Origin: Paracoccaceae bacterium | Lineage (GTDB): Bacteria > Pseudomonadota > Alphaproteobacteria > Rhodobacterales > Rhodobacteraceae | Length of the DNA stretch: 64,000 bases | Direction: 5' to 3' | Assembly: GCA_041633555.1 (NCBI GenBank) | Contig: JBFKFZ010000001.1 | Coordinates: forward strand, 20,259 to 84,258 | Shown here: in pieces, positions 61,790-64,000 of the stretch | Position numbering within the stretch: the first letter of the stretch is position 1 | How the letters are laid out: the number at the start of each line of letters is the position of its first letter | Notes under the pieces: generated by a model | Told to the model about the DNA's origin: nothing | The model's input: the letters and a program-made list of their open reading frames with translations, nothing else | Databases searched by the model: none | Program-made: the position numbers and the translations under genes

Positions 61790-64000
61790 TCAGGCTTTGA
61801 CGCGGGAATTCGCCGGGTCGTAGAAGGGCTTCAGCCCGATCTCGGCGGGATAGACCTCACTAGCCACGACCAGTTCATACTTACCGGACCTGAAGAAATC
61901 GTCGGTCACACCGTCGGGATGTCGCACATAGCCGTATCCGATGCTTTTCCCGATCGTGTAGCCGTACCCCCCCGAGGTCAGATACCCAACCGGCTCGCCA
62001 TTCCGCAAGATGGTCTCGCGCCCGACCAGAACGGCGTCGGAATCCGCCAGAGTGAAACCTGCAAAACGCTTGGTCAGCGGTTTCGCCCGCGCCGCCGTCA
62101 AGGCATCGCGACCGATGAACGGTTCGTTGCACCCCATCTTGATTGCCCAGCCGAGCCCCGCCTCGAACGGCGTGTCGTTCGGCGTGATATCCGACGACCA
62201 TGCACGATAGCCCTTCTCGAGCCGCAGCGATTCGAGTGCCCGGTAGCCGACCGGGCGGATGCTTTCGGCGTTGCCTGCCTCCATCAAGGCATCGAAGACC
62301 GCCCCGATGCGGTCGAGCGGGACGTGCAGCTCCCACCCCAACTCGCCGACATAAGTGATGCGTAGGGCGCGACACTGCGTATCCGCGAGCGTCAAGTCGC
62401 GAACATGGCCAAAGGGGAAGCCCGAGTTCGACACATCCGCTGACTGGGCCTTCGTGAGTACTTCCCGCGCCTTCGGGCCCATCAGCGAGAGGGTTCCCCA
62501 TTCCTCGGTCACATCGCTCAGGACCGCGTCGCCCTTCAGATGTTCGGCGATCCACGCGCGGTCATGAGTGCGAAACCCGGTGCCGGTGACGATGTAGAAC
62601 CGATCGTCGGCCAGACGCGCTACGGTCAGGTCGGCCTCTATCCCGCCGCGGCTGTTGAGCAGTTGCGTATAGGTCAAGCGCCCTACCGGCCCGGTCACAT
62701 CACCCGCGCAGATCCAGTCGAGCGCCGAGGCCGCATCGGTGCCGGAAAGCTCGAACTTGGCGAAAGAGGACTGATCGAAGATACCAGCGTGCGCGCGGAC
62801 ATGTGCATGTTCCTCGCCGACACTGGCAAACCAGTTCTGCCGCCCCATCGAATAGCGGTCCTGCGGCTCGACCCCGGCCGGCGCGAACCAGTTGGGCCGC
62901 TCCCACCCCAGTTTCGAGCCGAAGACTGCGCCATGGCCCTTCAGCCGGTCGTAGAGCGGCGAGGTGATGCGGGGGCGGCCCGACAGGTATTCCTCGTGCG
63001 GATAACCGATCGTGTAATGTTTGCCATAGGCCTCGCAGGTCCGGTTGCAGACCCATTGCCGGTCACGGTGCAGGTCCGAGAAGCGGCGGATATCCACGGC
63101 CCAAAGGTCCAGCGGCGCTTCGCCCCGCATGGCCCATTCGGCCAGGGCCCAGCCCGCGCCGCCGCCACTGGCGATGCCGAAGGCGTTGAATCCGGCCCCG
63201 ATATACATGTTGGCGCATTCCAGCGCCGCACCCAGGATGAAGTTTCCGTCCGGCGTGAAACTCTCGGACCCGTTGATCATCCGCTTGACCCCGACCGTTT
63301 CGAGCGCCGGGACACGGGCGATGGCCTGTTCCATATGCTGCTCGAAATGGTTGTAGTCGTCGGGAAACAGGCCGAACTGCCAATCGTTCGGCACGTCATC
63401 CATGGTCCAGGGCTGCGGGTTCGGCTCGTAGCCGCCCATGACCAGCCCGCCGACCTCTTCCTTGAAGTAAGTACGGCGGTCGGGGTCGCGCAGAGTCGGT
63501 GCGTCCCGCGCCAGCCCCTTGATTCGCTCGGTGATTATATATTGGTGCTTGACCGGCTGCAGCGGCACGTTGATCCCGGCCATGCGGCCGACCTGCCGCG
63601 CCCATTGCCCGGCGCTGTTTACGACTGTATCGCAAATAATCCGGCCCTTGTCCGTCAAGATACCGGTGATCCGGTTCCCCTCCATCTCGAACCCCGTTAC
63701 CCGGACCCCCTCGACGATCTTCGCGCCGTGCATCCGCGCGCCCTTGGCCAGGCTCTGCGTGATATCCGAAGGGCTGGCCTGCCCGTCGGTCGGCAGCCAG
63801 CTGGCCCCGACCAGATCACCGACATCCATCAGCGGCCACATCCGCTTCACCTCGGCAGGCGAGATCAGCTGCATTTCCATCCCGAAGCTGCGGGCCGTGG
63901 TGGCGAGGCGCTTATACTCTGTCCAGCGGTCTTCATTGGTCGCCAGCCGCAGGCAGCCGGTCATCTTCCAGCCGGTCTCAAGCCCCGTCTCTGCCGCCAG
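61790..64000 (-). CDS. Dimethylglycine/sarcosine dehydrogenase-family protein (FAD oxidoreductase plus GcvT-like folate domain), 5' end beyond the window
   Basis: Frame is open to nt 64000. C-terminal aminomethyltransferase-like region (LRLEKGYRAWSSDITP...). The size fits the DMGDH family. Confidence 0.9.
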   Translation of the reverse strand: MAAETGLETGWKMTGCLRLATNEDRWTEYKRLATTARSFGMEMQLISPAEVKRMWPLMDVGDLVGASWLPTDGQASPSDITQSLAKGARMHGAKIVEGVRVTGFEMEGNRITGILTDKGRIICDTVVNSAGQWARQVGRMAGINVPLQPVKHQYIITERIKGLARDAPTLRDPDRRTYFKEEVGGLVMGGYEPNPQPWTMDDVPNDWQFGLFPDDYNHFEQHMEQAIARVPALETVGVKRMINGSESFTPDGNFILGAALECANMYIGAGFNAFGIASGGGAGWALAEWAMRGEAPLDLWAVDIRRFSDLHRDRQWVCNRTCEAYGKHYTIGYPHEEYLSGRPRITSPLYDRLKGHGAVFGSKLGWERPNWFAPAGVEPQDRYSMGRQNWFASVGEEHAHVRAHAGIFDQSSFAKFELSGTDAASALDWICAGDVTGPVGRLTYTQLLNSRGGIEADLTVARLADDRFYIVTGTGFRTHDRAWIAEHLKGDAVLSDVTEEWGTLSLMGPKAREVLTKAQSADVSNSGFPFGHVRDLTLADTQCRALRITYVGELGWELHVPLDRIGAVFDALMEAGNAESIRPVGYRALESLRLEKGYRAWSSDITPNDTPFEAGLGWAIKMGCNEPFIGRDALTAARAKPLTKRFAGFTLADSDAVLVGRETILRNGEPVGYLTSGGYGYTIGKSIGYGYVRHPDGVTDDFFRSGKYELVVASEVYPAEIGLKPFYDPANSRVKA

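Noticed and set aside
1-64000. CRISPR arrays, tRNA/rRNA genes, transposases, integrases, prophage genes
   Set aside because: Scanned for short direct-repeat arrays, cloverleaf-like conserved tRNA ends and DDE/tyrosine-recombinase motifs in the ORF track, and none was seen. Absence is by eye only and should be confirmed with tRNAscan, Infernal and ISfinder-type tools.

Overview
High-GC (alphaproteobacterial, probably Rhodobacterales-like; inference) chromosomal or megaplasmid segment with five blocks. All calls rest on motif recognition and reading the sequence by eye; no database search was run. (1) nt 1-27,974: a complete type VI secretion system (T6SS), essentially one minus-strand operon with many 1-4 nt stop/start overlaps (tssA-tssB-tssC-hcp-tagJ-tssE-tssF-tssG-clpV ... 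vgrG-orf-PAAR-fha/tagH-tssK-tssL-tssM-tagF-pppA), with a convergent ppkA-like Ser/Thr kinase cut by the left window edge. Three non-canonical genes sit between clpV and vgrG: a bacterial voltage-gated Na+ channel (BacNaV), a fused TssB/TssC-like sheath paralog with a poly-acidic tail, and a 98-aa ORF. No tssJ is visible. (2) nt 28,172-34,232: an envelope module transcribed divergently from tssA. It comprises a secreted 4-Cys protein, ExbB, ExbD, ExbD and a TonB-like anchored protein whose periplasmic C-terminus resembles the periplasmic part of the T6SS kinase. A periplasmic caspase-like (C14) protein with a C-terminal CxxCH motif and a YceI-OmpA fusion follow. (3) nt 34,301-43,544: five cytoplasmic orphan proteins. 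These are a 961-aa and a 313-aa protein sharing a ~100-aa N-terminal domain, a CpXC zinc-ribbon protein, a 1235-aa acidic protein made of ~14 helical repeats of ~76 aa, and a Lys-rich 148-aa protein. They are candidate T6SS cargo or an undescribed system. (4) nt 43,981-50,376: a PRC-barrel protein, an AI-2E transporter and a textbook general stress response locus (phyK-ecfG-nepR / phyR) with GGAAC-N16/17-(C)GTT promoters, plus DUF1328, DUF883 and YqjE-like genes. (5) nt 50,497-64,000: ordinary metabolism (racemase-like and M24 hydrolase, an SDR remnant, aldehyde dehydrogenase with a polyamine-type ABC transporter and LysR, a choline-kinase-like gene, a methyltransferase, and dimethylglycine/sarcosine dehydrogenase cut by the right edge). 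No tRNA, rRNA, CRISPR, transposase or integrase was seen. Many long ORFs in the track are antisense artefacts of the high GC content.
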